Shown here: piece by piece, positions 1-6,698 of the stretch
Layout of the letters: each line of letters begins with the position of its first letter
Numbering within the stretch: position 1 is the stretch's first letter
Virus record (IMG/VR): IMGVR_UViG_3300025398_000053
Coordinates: 1-34,847 of that record
Origin: a virus
Taxonomy: Duplodnaviria; Caudoviricetes
DNA: 34,847 bases
Reading direction: 5' to 3' (one strand)
Program-made: the position numbers and the translations under genes
The notes under the pieces: generated by a model
Told to the model about the DNA's origin: nothing
What the model saw: the letters and a program-made list of their open reading frames with translations, nothing else
Databases searched by the model: none

Positions 1-116
1 TTTGCTGGATGGGTGTAGAGTGGTTCACCTTGACCAATTTCGTTATAAATCCATTCAGAATCTTCACCGATATTGCTTACGCATAGATTTCTCCACGCTA
101 CTGGTTCATTGTTCAT
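1..116 (-). CDS. small early phage protein, partial (runs off the left edge)
   Basis: Not in the ORF track. Hand translation from ATG at 116: MNNEPVAWRNLCVSNIGEDSEWIYNEIGQGEPLYTHPA. The EPVAW...PLYTHP pattern is common in lambdoid early-left ORFs. It overlaps the stop of the upstream gene. Confidence 0.7.
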   Translation of the reverse strand, partial: MNNEPVAWRNLCVSNIGEDSEWIYNEIGQGEPLYTHPA

Positions 117-276
117 TTTGTGCCTTTCCAGTTACTAATTCATCAATTAGCCTTAATTCAGCTTTCAACGCCTCTATTTCAGCTTGTTGCTGGCGTAGCA
201 TGGTGGCTGCTTGTTCTCTTGTGCCGCCTTCCCAATGACCTTGCTCTAATTTATCAGCTATTTCATTTGCGTTCAC
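106..276 (-). CDS. hypothetical coiled-coil protein
   Basis: Likely GTG start at 276 overlapping the upstream TGA (GTGA), giving MNANEIADKLEQ... It resembles the neighbour at 273-461. Confidence 0.7.
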   Translation of the reverse strand: MNANEIADKLEQGHWEGGTREQAATMLRQQQAEIEALKAELRLIDELVTGKAQNEQ

Positions 277-461
277 TTGTTCTTGCTCCAGCCGTTGCAC
301 TTGGCTAAAAACTCAATGGCCCTGTCAAACTGGTCTTGCATATATTCAAGATCATCTGCTTGTTTTCTAAGCAAAGTAGCTGCGTCTTGGACACAAACCA
401 AATCAGTCATATTGTCAGCAATAGCTCTTTGCAATTCTTCCGCTAATTTGTATGCGTTCAT
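273..461 (-). CDS. hypothetical coiled-coil protein
   Basis: 62 aa ORF, translationally coupled on both sides, with a GAGGGA SD-like motif upstream. Confidence 0.75.
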   Translation of the reverse strand: MNAYKLAEELQRAIADNMTDLVCVQDAATLLRKQADDLEYMQDQFDRAIEFLAKCNGWSKNK

Positions 462-706
462 TTATTGTCCCTCGCATAAGTTTTCCATAGGGTTTCCATT
501 ACTTCTACTGCGCCCATCGCTAACAGTTCATGCTTGTAAAAGAATCGAGCTGGGTATTCGTTACGACCAAACTGATTCACAATCTTGATGCAAGGTGCTA
601 CATACACGCCTGGCTTGGTGTAATGCGGAAGATGCAACACACCGCCCACAAGATAGCACTTGTATTGAGCAAAGTCAGGGCTTTCAAATTCAGGGTTCAA
701 TTTCAT
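458..706 (-). CDS. hypothetical protein
   Basis: Start re-assigned to ATG at 706 (MKLNPEF...) because of a TAATG overlap with the upstream mini-ORF. Confidence 0.65.
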   Translation of the reverse strand: MKLNPEFESPDFAQYKCYLVGGVLHLPHYTKPGVYVAPCIKIVNQFGRNEYPARFFYKHELLAMGAVEVMETLWKTYARDNK

Positions 707-780
707 TAAAAACCCCAGCCAATCATACCGCCCAAGATAATACCCAATACAACTACACCAATCCAATCTATTGTTTTCAT
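706..780 (-). CDS. 24-aa single-TM membrane peptide
   Basis: Hand translation MKTIDWIGVVVLGIILGGMIGWGF*. Strong SD (AGGGGGA) just upstream and TAATG coupling to the next gene. Confidence 0.65.
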   Translation of the reverse strand: MKTIDWIGVVVLGIILGGMIGWGF

Positions 781-801
781 AATTCCCCCTAAGTTAAAAA
801 G

Positions 802-873
802 TATCAGGTCAAAGTCTTTTTGTATACATGTCGCTTCCTATAGCCTGTGCCGAATAGTGTCAGTGACCTGATA
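802..873 (-). promoter_or_regulatory. structured 5' leader or small RNA candidate
   Basis: Perfect 10-bp inverted repeat TATCAGGTCA (802-811) / TGACCTGATA (864-873). A minus-strand -10-like TATAGT lies at 885-880, 6 nt upstream. Confidence 0.45.
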
Positions 874-932
874 TATGTAACTATAAATATAAAAATCACA
901 AAAAAACCATTTTGTGCAAAATATATTTTATG

Positions 933-950
933 TGTTGTTTTTATGCTACG
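933..950. promoter_or_regulatory. degenerate TGTTG-N8-CAACA operator-like site
   Basis: TGTTG tttttatg CTACG, in an intergenic position. Confidence 0.35.
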
Positions 951-1010
951 AAAGGTGGGGCTGAGACCTCACGGAAGGAATTTTGGCGGGGGATCACCAA
1001 CCCAGCCCCA
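951..1010 (-). ncRNA. putative small structured RNA (three-way junction, C4/CI-like)
   Basis: Minus-strand stem UGGGGCUGGG/CUCAGCCCCA with two inner hairpins whose G-U pairs favour this strand. A perfect TATAAT lies at 1021-1016, and the element ends in ACCUUU. Confidence 0.5.
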
Positions 1011-1016
1011 AAGATA

Positions 1017-1787
1017 TTATACGACCAATCCGCTTTTAATTTGGTAGAAGCGTAGCAGATGAAAAAAGCACTTTAGGCCCTTCTGCAAATCCGCTTCCTC
1101 AATCTCGCAGACCTTGACTTCATTGGTCAATCCATTGACAAAAACAATAGCGCACCGAGCATCTGACAAGCCTAATAACTCTCGGTAGGCAGCCAACTGC
1201 ATGATATGATCCTCGTATGGAACGACCTTTTCTAAAGGGACTTCTTTTGTCTTAAAATCTGCAACTACAGGGACAATGCCCTTAATCTTATCGCCTTTAG
1301 CGTGTAAGTCCACTTTTCCAGCAAATCCTAGCTCATGGCTACCAGACTTCTCAGTAACCCATAGGCGATTGCCAAACGAGGCTTTTAAGGCGTTTTCTGC
1401 ATTACGGCAATACTCAGGCACTTCAGGCAGTAAAACTTGGCTAAAAAAGGCTTCTAAGATGCCGTGGATTTGTGTTCCTCTATCGGCTGCATCTCTGCCT
1501 TGTGCTTTAGAGTCGTTGAGAACTCGGTCTAAGTAATCTTCCTCAGACTCGCCCTCATTGCGTGGTAGCGTTAGGGCTGCAAGGATAGCCTGCTGCTGAA
1601 GCCAATTCTGGAGTCCAGGCTTTGACGCCACACCGAGAATGGTAGTAACGCTCGGTAAAAGGCCCAGCTTCTTTGCATCTCTAAGAGTCGTGTTGCGGAA
1701 TCCTTTTCCATCGGCTCGTTCAATCGTATAGGCTGGCTCTCCATCTTTGGTGTACCAATGGCCTGATTCACTCTTTTGTTCCTGCAT
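1017..1787 (-). CDS. PD-(D/E)XK exonuclease (phage recombination nuclease)
   Basis: Motifs LPSVTTIL, RGTQIH, FAGKVDL, VADFKT and QLAAY. Located next to SSB-like and annealing genes. Confidence 0.85.
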   Translation of the reverse strand: MQEQKSESGHWYTKDGEPAYTIERADGKGFRNTTLRDAKKLGLLPSVTTILGVASKPGLQNWLQQQAILAALTLPRNEGESEEDYLDRVLNDSKAQGRDAADRGTQIHGILEAFFSQVLLPEVPEYCRNAENALKASFGNRLWVTEKSGSHELGFAGKVDLHAKGDKIKGIVPVVADFKTKEVPLEKVVPYEDHIMQLAAYRELLGLSDARCAIVFVNGLTNEVKVCEIEEADLQKGLKCFFHLLRFYQIKSGLVV

Positions 1788-2052
1788 TTTTTCTTCCCCT
1801 TTTTGGTTTTACTGCATCCGTGTGTATATCGTATGTTGACTCTTGGGCAACGATTGTAGCCTGTGGAGCAACAGTTATTGTAATGCCTGTATTTGCATCT
1901 TCCCAATCTTTGATAGTTGGTTCATATTCTTTTGGAATTTCTTGCCCGCACCAGTCTTGTGGCATTTTATTAATCACCACAGGGTTGAGCTTACAAGCTC
2001 CCATCATATCGTTTTGATTAAATACAAAAAACTTACATACTCGGCAAGTCAT
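1768..2052 (-). CDS. small four-cysteine metal-binding protein
   Basis: CxxC-x13-C-x14-C with DWC at the last cysteine, and a basic C-terminal tail. Confidence 0.7.
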   Translation of the reverse strand: MTCRVCKFFVFNQNDMMGACKLNPVVINKMPQDWCGQEIPKEYEPTIKDWEDANTGITITVAPQATIVAQESTYDIHTDAVKPKRGRKNAGTKE

Positions 2053-2255
2053 TTAATTCCTTTTGCGTAATCAAGGATACGTTCTGAATCGTAATAGTTC
2101 TCGCACATATTGGCAGCAACGTGCAGAACCGCATTAATTACAGCAGCTAAATCTTCTGGTGTAAAGCTGATAAGCAGTTGCTCCTCATCTACACCTACTG
2201 GCTGCCAACTTATTCTAGAGCTTTGCTCAACAAGGTTTTTAATTTGGTTCTGCAT
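2049..2255 (-). CDS. hypothetical protein
   Basis: 68 aa ORF with an AAAGGAGA SD and a 4-nt overlap with the downstream gene. Confidence 0.7.
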   Translation of the reverse strand: MQNQIKNLVEQSSRISWQPVGVDEEQLLISFTPEDLAAVINAVLHVAANMCENYYDSERILDYAKGIK

Positions 2256-2266
2256 GGTGTTCTCCT

Positions 2267-2530
2267 TTAGAACGGGGTACTATCATCTATAAACGGATCA
2301 TCCTTTGGTAGTTCGTCTGATCCTGCTGGTTTAAATCCTTGTGGGATTTTTTCTTTGCCGATTGATACGCTAAGAAACTTTGATCCTTTAGTGGATGTCT
2401 TAGTCCAGGCAGATAAGTAATGTTCTTTGCCGTTGACCATGATTGTTCCGGTAAAGTCAGGATGGTTGTCAGAAGCCTTGCGCTCGTTTTTGAAAAGACT
2501 TCCTGATCCTTCTTTTGGTGTATATGCCAT
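2267..2530 (-). CDS. ssDNA-binding protein-like (DUF736-type)
   Basis: GSLFKN...HPDFTG...LSAW...FLSVS core, an acidic tail ending DDSTPF as in SSBs, and a recombination-module context. Confidence 0.75.
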   Translation of the reverse strand: MAYTPKEGSGSLFKNERKASDNHPDFTGTIMVNGKEHYLSAWTKTSTKGSKFLSVSIGKEKIPQGFKPAGSDELPKDDPFIDDSTPF

Positions 2531-2541
2531 GTTGTTTCCCC

Positions 2542-2994
2542 TTATAAAATATCTTCTGCTACAGATTTCATTGATTGACTAGACTTCACTTGTTTTGGTG
2601 CTTCATCTTCTGGCAAATCCTCACCAGCGTAGATATACAAACCAATGCCATGCAAGGCAATCGCTTTGACTAAGCATCGTTGCATAGCAGTATTGACATC
2701 CATTGCATTAGGATTGGCAATCGGCTTATTCATATTGTTGATAATTGGTAGCTGTGATGTCATTGCTTTACCAAAAGCATGAACTGTGCAAAACACCATT
2801 CCTGTATCGCCAATAGCGCAATAAGGCAACAAAGACCCATCAGGCTGTTGAAATAACTTGTAATCCCAGCTTGCTGTGGGATCGGCTTGAAGCAACTGAT
2901 CGGTGGCCCACGCCCAAGAAAGATAAGTAAAACGACCTTTGCGCTCGGTATGGTCGTTGACGTTGATCTTGCGAAGTTCTAAAAATTTAGACAT
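2542..2994 (-). CDS. Sak-like single-strand annealing protein (DUF1071)
   Basis: Motifs TYLSWAWA, NTAMQRCLVKAIALHGIGLYIYAGEDLP. Start re-assigned to MSKFLELR after a GGAGG SD. Confidence 0.85.
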   Translation of the reverse strand: MSKFLELRKINVNDHTERKGRFTYLSWAWATDQLLQADPTASWDYKLFQQPDGSLLPYCAIGDTGMVFCTVHAFGKAMTSQLPIINNMNKPIANPNAMDVNTAMQRCLVKAIALHGIGLYIYAGEDLPEDEAPKQVKSSQSMKSVAEDIL

Positions 2995-3190
2995 TAGAAC
3001 CTCCAAAGACTTTACCAAAATCTTCAAACACGGATTGCAATAGATTATTACGCTTGTTATTTGGCTTTCCACAAGCTGCACGAATAACATCCACATCGTC
3101 TTGCGACAGTTCTGTGCCGTATTCCATGTTGTCTAACGCTATTTCCAAGCGTTGCTCCATTTCGGTCATAACTTGATACAACTCATCCAT
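2987..3190 (-). CDS. hypothetical protein, first gene of the leftward operon
   Basis: 67 aa ORF with an AAGGGGA SD, directly downstream of the leftward promoter. Confidence 0.75.
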   Translation of the reverse strand: MDELYQVMTEMEQRLEIALDNMEYGTELSQDDVDVIRAACGKPNNKRNNLLQSVFEDFGKVFGGSNV

Positions 3191-3233
3191 TTAAATTCCC
3201 CTTAAATGACATAGCGAAGTTGCTATACCCTTG

Positions 3234-3261
3234 ATTGTAAGCAAATTGATTGGCTTGTCAA
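3234..3261 (-). promoter_or_regulatory. leftward sigma70-type promoter (pL-like)
   Basis: TTGACA (3261-3256), 16-nt spacer, TACAAT (3239-3234). Confidence 0.7.
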
Positions 3262-3266
3262 TACCT

Positions 3267-3296
3267 TTGCAAAAATAATTACTTATGGTGTAAGAT
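3267..3296 (+). promoter_or_regulatory. rightward sigma70-type promoter (pR-like)
   Basis: TTGCAA (3267-3272), 18-nt spacer, TAAGAT (3291-3296). The ATG follows 6 nt later. Confidence 0.6.
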
Positions 3297-3302
3297 TCCT
3301 GA

Positions 3303-3536
3303 ATGAAGCTAAAAATCACAGATTCGGCAATTATTGATCTGCTTGGGGGTACTACAAAAGTGGCTAAATTAGTAGGAGTTTCACCTCACGCTGTATCAAT
3401 GTGGCGAAAAAACAACATTCCAGCAGCACATTTTGCAGTATTAGGAGCAACTCTTGAAAAGGAGTCGCATGGTTTAATCACACGCAAGGATTTATTTCCT
3501 CAATCCTGGCATCTAATTTGGCCTGAATTATTATGA
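3303..3536 (+). CDS. Cro-like HTH transcriptional regulator
   Basis: LLGGTTKVAKLVGVSPHAVSMW helix-turn-helix, and a C-terminal DLFP..W.LIWPEL like Cro/YdaS-type proteins. First gene of the rightward operon. Confidence 0.8.
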   Translation: MKLKITDSAIIDLLGGTTKVAKLVGVSPHAVSMWRKNNIPAAHFAVLGATLEKESHGLITRKDLFPQSWHLIWPELL

Positions 3537-3688
3537 ACAGAGAAGAAATGTTAGTAGATATGCTTAAACAAGCAGATTTAGAAATTAAAGTTTTGCAAGA
3601 ACGAATTGCTTTTTTAACTAACGAAGTTAAAGCGCATCGTGATTTGTTAAATGCGCTTGGCCCAGTTGCTTTTTCGGGGCAACACTAA
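3533..3688 (+). CDS. 51-aa hypothetical coiled-coil protein
   Basis: Not in the ORF track. MNREEMLVDMLKQADLEIKVLQERIAFL..., with ATGA and TAATG overlaps to its neighbours. Confidence 0.7.
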   Translation: MNREEMLVDMLKQADLEIKVLQERIAFLTNEVKAHRDLLNALGPVAFSGQH

Positions 3689-3915
3689 TGGAAATTTTAA
3701 TTAAAAAAATCAAAGAAAATAAAGACGGGTCAGCCGAAGTCCACGTGCATTATGACAAGGAAGGATTGCATTTTCTTGTCCAGCAAGGAATGACTTGCAC
3801 TTTGGTGGAAGCAATAATGATGGAACGTAACGGCAAAATGTTTCATGTTTCAAGCGTTCTGGACACCATTCCCAAGAAAACTGTTGTAAAAAAACAACAA
3901 ACTAAAAAGAAATAA
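3688..3915 (+). CDS. hypothetical protein
   Basis: 75 aa ORF coupled to the previous stop. Confidence 0.7.
   Translation: MEILIKKIKENKDGSAEVHVHYDKEGLHFLVQQGMTCTLVEAIMMERNGKMFHVSSVLDTIPKKTVVKKQQTKKK
3882..3899. promoter_or_regulatory. TGTTG-N8-CAACA operator-like palindrome
   Basis: TGTTG taaaaaaa CAACA, upstream of a -10-like TAAACT (3923-3928). Confidence 0.55.
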
Positions 3916-3931
3916 GTTGTAGTAAACTCTA

Positions 3932-4010
3932 TGGACAGGCTAGGGTCATCCCCGAAAAGCGATTAGTCACCGCCCGCCATGTCCACCTTTTTGACTACCT
4001 TTGACAAAGG
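3932..4010 (+). ncRNA. putative structured regulatory RNA upstream of the replication gene (C4/CI-like)
   Basis: Closing stem TGGACA-GGC/GCC-a-TGTCCA with two inner hairpins. Loop TAGTCA is complementary to TGACTA (3992-3997). Hairpin CCTTT-gac-AAAGG covers the SD. Confidence 0.55.
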
Positions 4011-4016
4011 AATAAA

Positions 4017-4787
4017 GTGAATTTTTACCCTTTCCACATTGGCGATTACGCCTCACATACACGCCATTTAAGTCTTATAGAAGATTTAGCTTATCGCAGG
4101 CTTATTGACCTTTACTATTTATCTGAAAAGCCATTTCAAGGCGAATTTGATCTTATAGCTCGACACATTGGCATGAAAGAATACTTAAACGAAGTTGAGT
4201 ATGTTCTTTTTATGTTTTTTGAAGAAACCCCATCTGGGTGGATAAATAAGCGTTGCGATGACGAAATAGCTAAATATCATGCTAAGGCTGAGTCTGCCAG
4301 AAATGCAAACAGAATCAAATCAGAAAAGATATCAGCTCTGAAATCAGAACCGAATCAGAACGTAACCAAGAACCAAGAACCATTAACCAATAACCATAAA
4401 CCAAAAACTAAAAACCAATTAAAAACACCTGAAGGTGTATCTGATTCTTTGTTTAAAGATTACTTAGCAGTTCGCAAAGCAAAAAATGCCAAATGGACTG
4501 AAACAGCTTTTAAAGGATTACAACGAGAAGCAGATAAGGCTAAAATGTCCCTCTCTGATGTAATGCAGATGTGTTGCGAAAGAGGTTGGGCTGGATTCAA
4601 AGCTGAGTGGGTTTCAGAATCAGTTATTACACAAAAGAAAAATCCGTTAATAACTAACGATCAGATTGAAGAAGCGTATAGAATTGAATGTGGTAAAGAC
4701 CCTAAATTGGCCCGCTTTAACAGCTATTACGAAATGAAGGATTATGTCATCAAACAGCGGGAACTCCGAGCTAGAGGCGATACATAA
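4017..4787 (+). CDS. phage replication initiator, DUF1376/YdaU family
   Basis: N-terminus FYPFHIGDYASHTRHLSLIEDLAYRRLIDLYY, an NQEP-type linker, and the position downstream of cro. Confidence 0.85.
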   Translation: MNFYPFHIGDYASHTRHLSLIEDLAYRRLIDLYYLSEKPFQGEFDLIARHIGMKEYLNEVEYVLFMFFEETPSGWINKRCDDEIAKYHAKAESARNANRIKSEKISALKSEPNQNVTKNQEPLTNNHKPKTKNQLKTPEGVSDSLFKDYLAVRKAKNAKWTETAFKGLQREADKAKMSLSDVMQMCCERGWAGFKAEWVSESVITQKKNPLITNDQIEEAYRIECGKDPKLARFNSYYEMKDYVIKQRELRARGDT

Positions 4788-4977
4788 AGCAGGGGTGCGC
4801 CAGCTATGTAAGTGGCGATCAGAGTGGGGTTTGGCTAAATTTAGATTGTATATTTCAAAGCATCAGTTACCAGAAGCATTGTTAAAAGATTTTTATACAC
4901 AGTATCAATTAGGAAACAGGGGGGAATACAAATGTTGGAAAAAACCATTATCGCAGCAACAGGGCTTGGATATTTGA
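4744..4977 (+). CDS. hypothetical protein
   Basis: 77 aa ORF after an AAGGA SD, with a GNRG motif near the C-terminus. Confidence 0.65.
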   Translation: MSSNSGNSELEAIHKAGVRQLCKWRSEWGLAKFRLYISKHQLPEALLKDFYTQYQLGNRGEYKCWKKPLSQQQGLDI

Positions 4978-5078
4978 TGGTAGGTATTTTGCAATTACGC
5001 AAGGGGGCGTTTCCTAACGCAATTATTTGGTTAGGTTATGCGTTTAGTCAAATTGGTCTTTGGCTTGCATTAAAGTAA
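4932..5078 (+). CDS. 48-aa two-TM membrane protein
   Basis: Not in the ORF track. MLEKTIIAATGLGYLMVGILQLRKGAFPNAIIWLGYAFSQIGLWLALK, with an AGGGGGGA SD and TAATG coupling to the next gene. Confidence 0.7.
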   Translation: MLEKTIIAATGLGYLMVGILQLRKGAFPNAIIWLGYAFSQIGLWLALK

Positions 5079-5605
5079 TGGATTTATTTGATTTTCCTAG
5101 AATTGTTCCTGAAAGCCCAAAGTTGATGACTTTGCGTGAGGTAGGGGTTGATTATGCTATGGAAAAAAATGCGGATTGGCATAGTCGTTTGCCTGTTACA
5201 AGTCATTCAAATATGATTAGAAATGCTCACAAAGTTTTTTATGGCGCAGAATACAAAGATCATTGTTTTGCAGTTGCTATGTGGACTGACCCTGTGGCTG
5301 GCAATCGTATGTCAAAAGACCATGTATGGCTTGAATTAAGAAGGTTAGCTATTGCGCCTGATGCACCAAAATTTACTGCTACCTGGATGATTTCAAAAAT
5401 GGTTAAGGATATACAAAAGCGTTTTCCAGATGTAACTATGCTTGTTTCTTATCAAGATACTGAGGTTCATTCTGGAACAATTTATAAAGCTGCTAATTGG
5501 AATCTAGATACAGTTAGTAAATTTCAAGAATGGTCAAGTGAAAAAAGAAAAAGAAACGCATTACAAAGCAAGGCTGATAAAATTAGATGGAGCTATGCAA
5601 TATGA
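5078..5605 (+). CDS. Mom-like (GNAT-fold) DNA modification protein
   Basis: LELRRL...ATWMIS...LVSYQD...HSGTIYKAANW matches the Mu Mom family pattern. Start re-assigned to ATG at 5078. Confidence 0.75.
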   Translation: MDLFDFPRIVPESPKLMTLREVGVDYAMEKNADWHSRLPVTSHSNMIRNAHKVFYGAEYKDHCFAVAMWTDPVAGNRMSKDHVWLELRRLAIAPDAPKFTATWMISKMVKDIQKRFPDVTMLVSYQDTEVHSGTIYKAANWNLDTVSKFQEWSSEKRKRNALQSKADKIRWSYAI

Positions 5606-5931
5606 AAGAATACAATCCAAACGATGCAGTAGAGTTTATTTATAATAACGCTCCCAAGTATGCAAAGGCAAAAGGTCAGTTAGCAGAGCTTGAAGCATAT
5701 AAGCACAGCCTCAGAGCTATCAAGATGAAACAATCTAGTGAACAGTCATTAGGAGCGCAAGAGCGAGAGGCATACTCTAGCCCTGAATATCAAGAGCTAT
5801 GTAAGGGTATTGGAGTAGCGACAGAACAAGTAGAAGCATTAAAATGGCAGATCAGGGCAGCAGAAATGCGGTGGGAAACCTGGCGTACAGAACAAGCTAA
5901 CAATAGACAATTAGAAAGAATAACTAAATGA
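5602..5931 (+). CDS. hypothetical coiled-coil phage protein
   Basis: ATGA overlap start (MKEYNPND); contains AQEREAY and WRTEQANNR. Confidence 0.75.
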   Translation: MKEYNPNDAVEFIYNNAPKYAKAKGQLAELEAYKHSLRAIKMKQSSEQSLGAQEREAYSSPEYQELCKGIGVATEQVEALKWQIRAAEMRWETWRTEQANNRQLERITK

Positions 5932-6089
5932 ACGACTATGCAGAACACATCCTCAAACTTAAATCATCAATTCACCATTTGTACGATGCTTTAATTAAAA
6001 ACAAAAACGATGAAGTGCATACATTAGTTAGCTCTATTAAAGAATCAGCACAAGCCATAGAAAACTATACGAATACTAGTGTCCACTAA
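5928..6089 (+). CDS. 53-aa hypothetical protein
   Basis: Not in the ORF track. MNDYAEHILKLKSS...TSVH*, with an ATGA overlap; it fills the gap between neighbours. Confidence 0.6.
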   Translation: MNDYAEHILKLKSSIHHLYDALIKNKNDEVHTLVSSIKESAQAIENYTNTSVH

Positions 6090-6351
6090 GGCTCAAAAAG
6101 CGCATTATGATCGCTTGGCGAGATTTGGCTGCATCCTCTGCTACAAACAAGGCAATGAAGGGACTCCAGCGGAGTTGCATCACATTAGACGAGCTGGTAA
6201 ACGAGGTGATGCCCCTGTTATACCCTTGTGCCCCTACCACCATCGAGGAGCAAATACCAGTATTCACGGAATGGGTCGCAAACGCTTTGAGCGAGAGTAC
6301 GCTACTACAGAAGAAGAACTGCTCGAATTGGTATTACAGAAGATTCGTTAG
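6079..6351 (+). CDS. Ref-like (recombination enhancement) HNH-fold nuclease
   Basis: GCILC...ELHH...IPLCPYHHR...IHG...FEREY. Confidence 0.75.
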   Translation: MSTKAQKAHYDRLARFGCILCYKQGNEGTPAELHHIRRAGKRGDAPVIPLCPYHHRGANTSIHGMGRKRFEREYATTEEELLELVLQKIR

Positions 6352-6698
6352 AGTTCCAAAGGATCAAAACCTAATTCGGTAGCGACTCGCTTTGCTCTGC
6401 GTTTGAATGTGGCATCGTGTTTAGTCCAAGCATGAGTGACTGTGTTGGCTCGGCTCATGTGAATCATCTCATGGCATAGCGTTGTCATAACTGTGTAAAG
6501 ATGCCCACAACGAGCTTCTGATACTGTGACTATGTGTTCCCAATCTCCATCATCGTGCAAGTATGTACCCATCGCTTCTGGGTCTGCATCAACAATAAAT
6601 TTAATTTGTTCTGGTAAAGGCATATCCCATTTGCAATATGGTTCGCAACATACCATTGCACTATAAAGATTGCGTAAGATGGCGGGTGTCAGTTTCAT
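6348..6698 (-). CDS. SprT-like zinc metallopeptidase
   Basis: TLCHEMIH (HExxH) followed by a downstream H..F. Confidence 0.75.
   Translation of the reverse strand: MKLTPAILRNLYSAMVCCEPYCKWDMPLPEQIKFIVDADPEAMGTYLHDDGDWEHIVTVSEARCGHLYTVMTTLCHEMIHMSRANTVTHAWTKHDATFKRRAKRVATELGFDPLEL

Noticed and set aside
707-766. N-terminal extension of ORF 458..766 in the track
   Set aside because: Better explained by the 24-aa ORF at 706-780, which has a strong SD and TAATG coupling to ATG 706.
802-873. Hammerhead ribozyme or known riboswitch
   Set aside because: It lacks the CUGANGA/GAAA core, and I could not match any riboswitch consensus by eye.
951-1010. tRNA or tmRNA gene (starts GGGGCUG, ends CCACC)
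   Set aside because: Too short, with no T-arm (TTCG), no anticodon arm and no G3-U pair. Kept only as a tRNA-like sRNA candidate.
3211-3226. nut/boxB antitermination site (ATAGC...GCTAT hairpin)
   Set aside because: The hairpin is real, but no boxA, GNRA-like loop or N-like Arg-rich gene was seen.
3882-3899. LexA SOS box
   Set aside because: The recurring motif is TGTTG-N8-CAACA, not CTGT-N8-ACAG.
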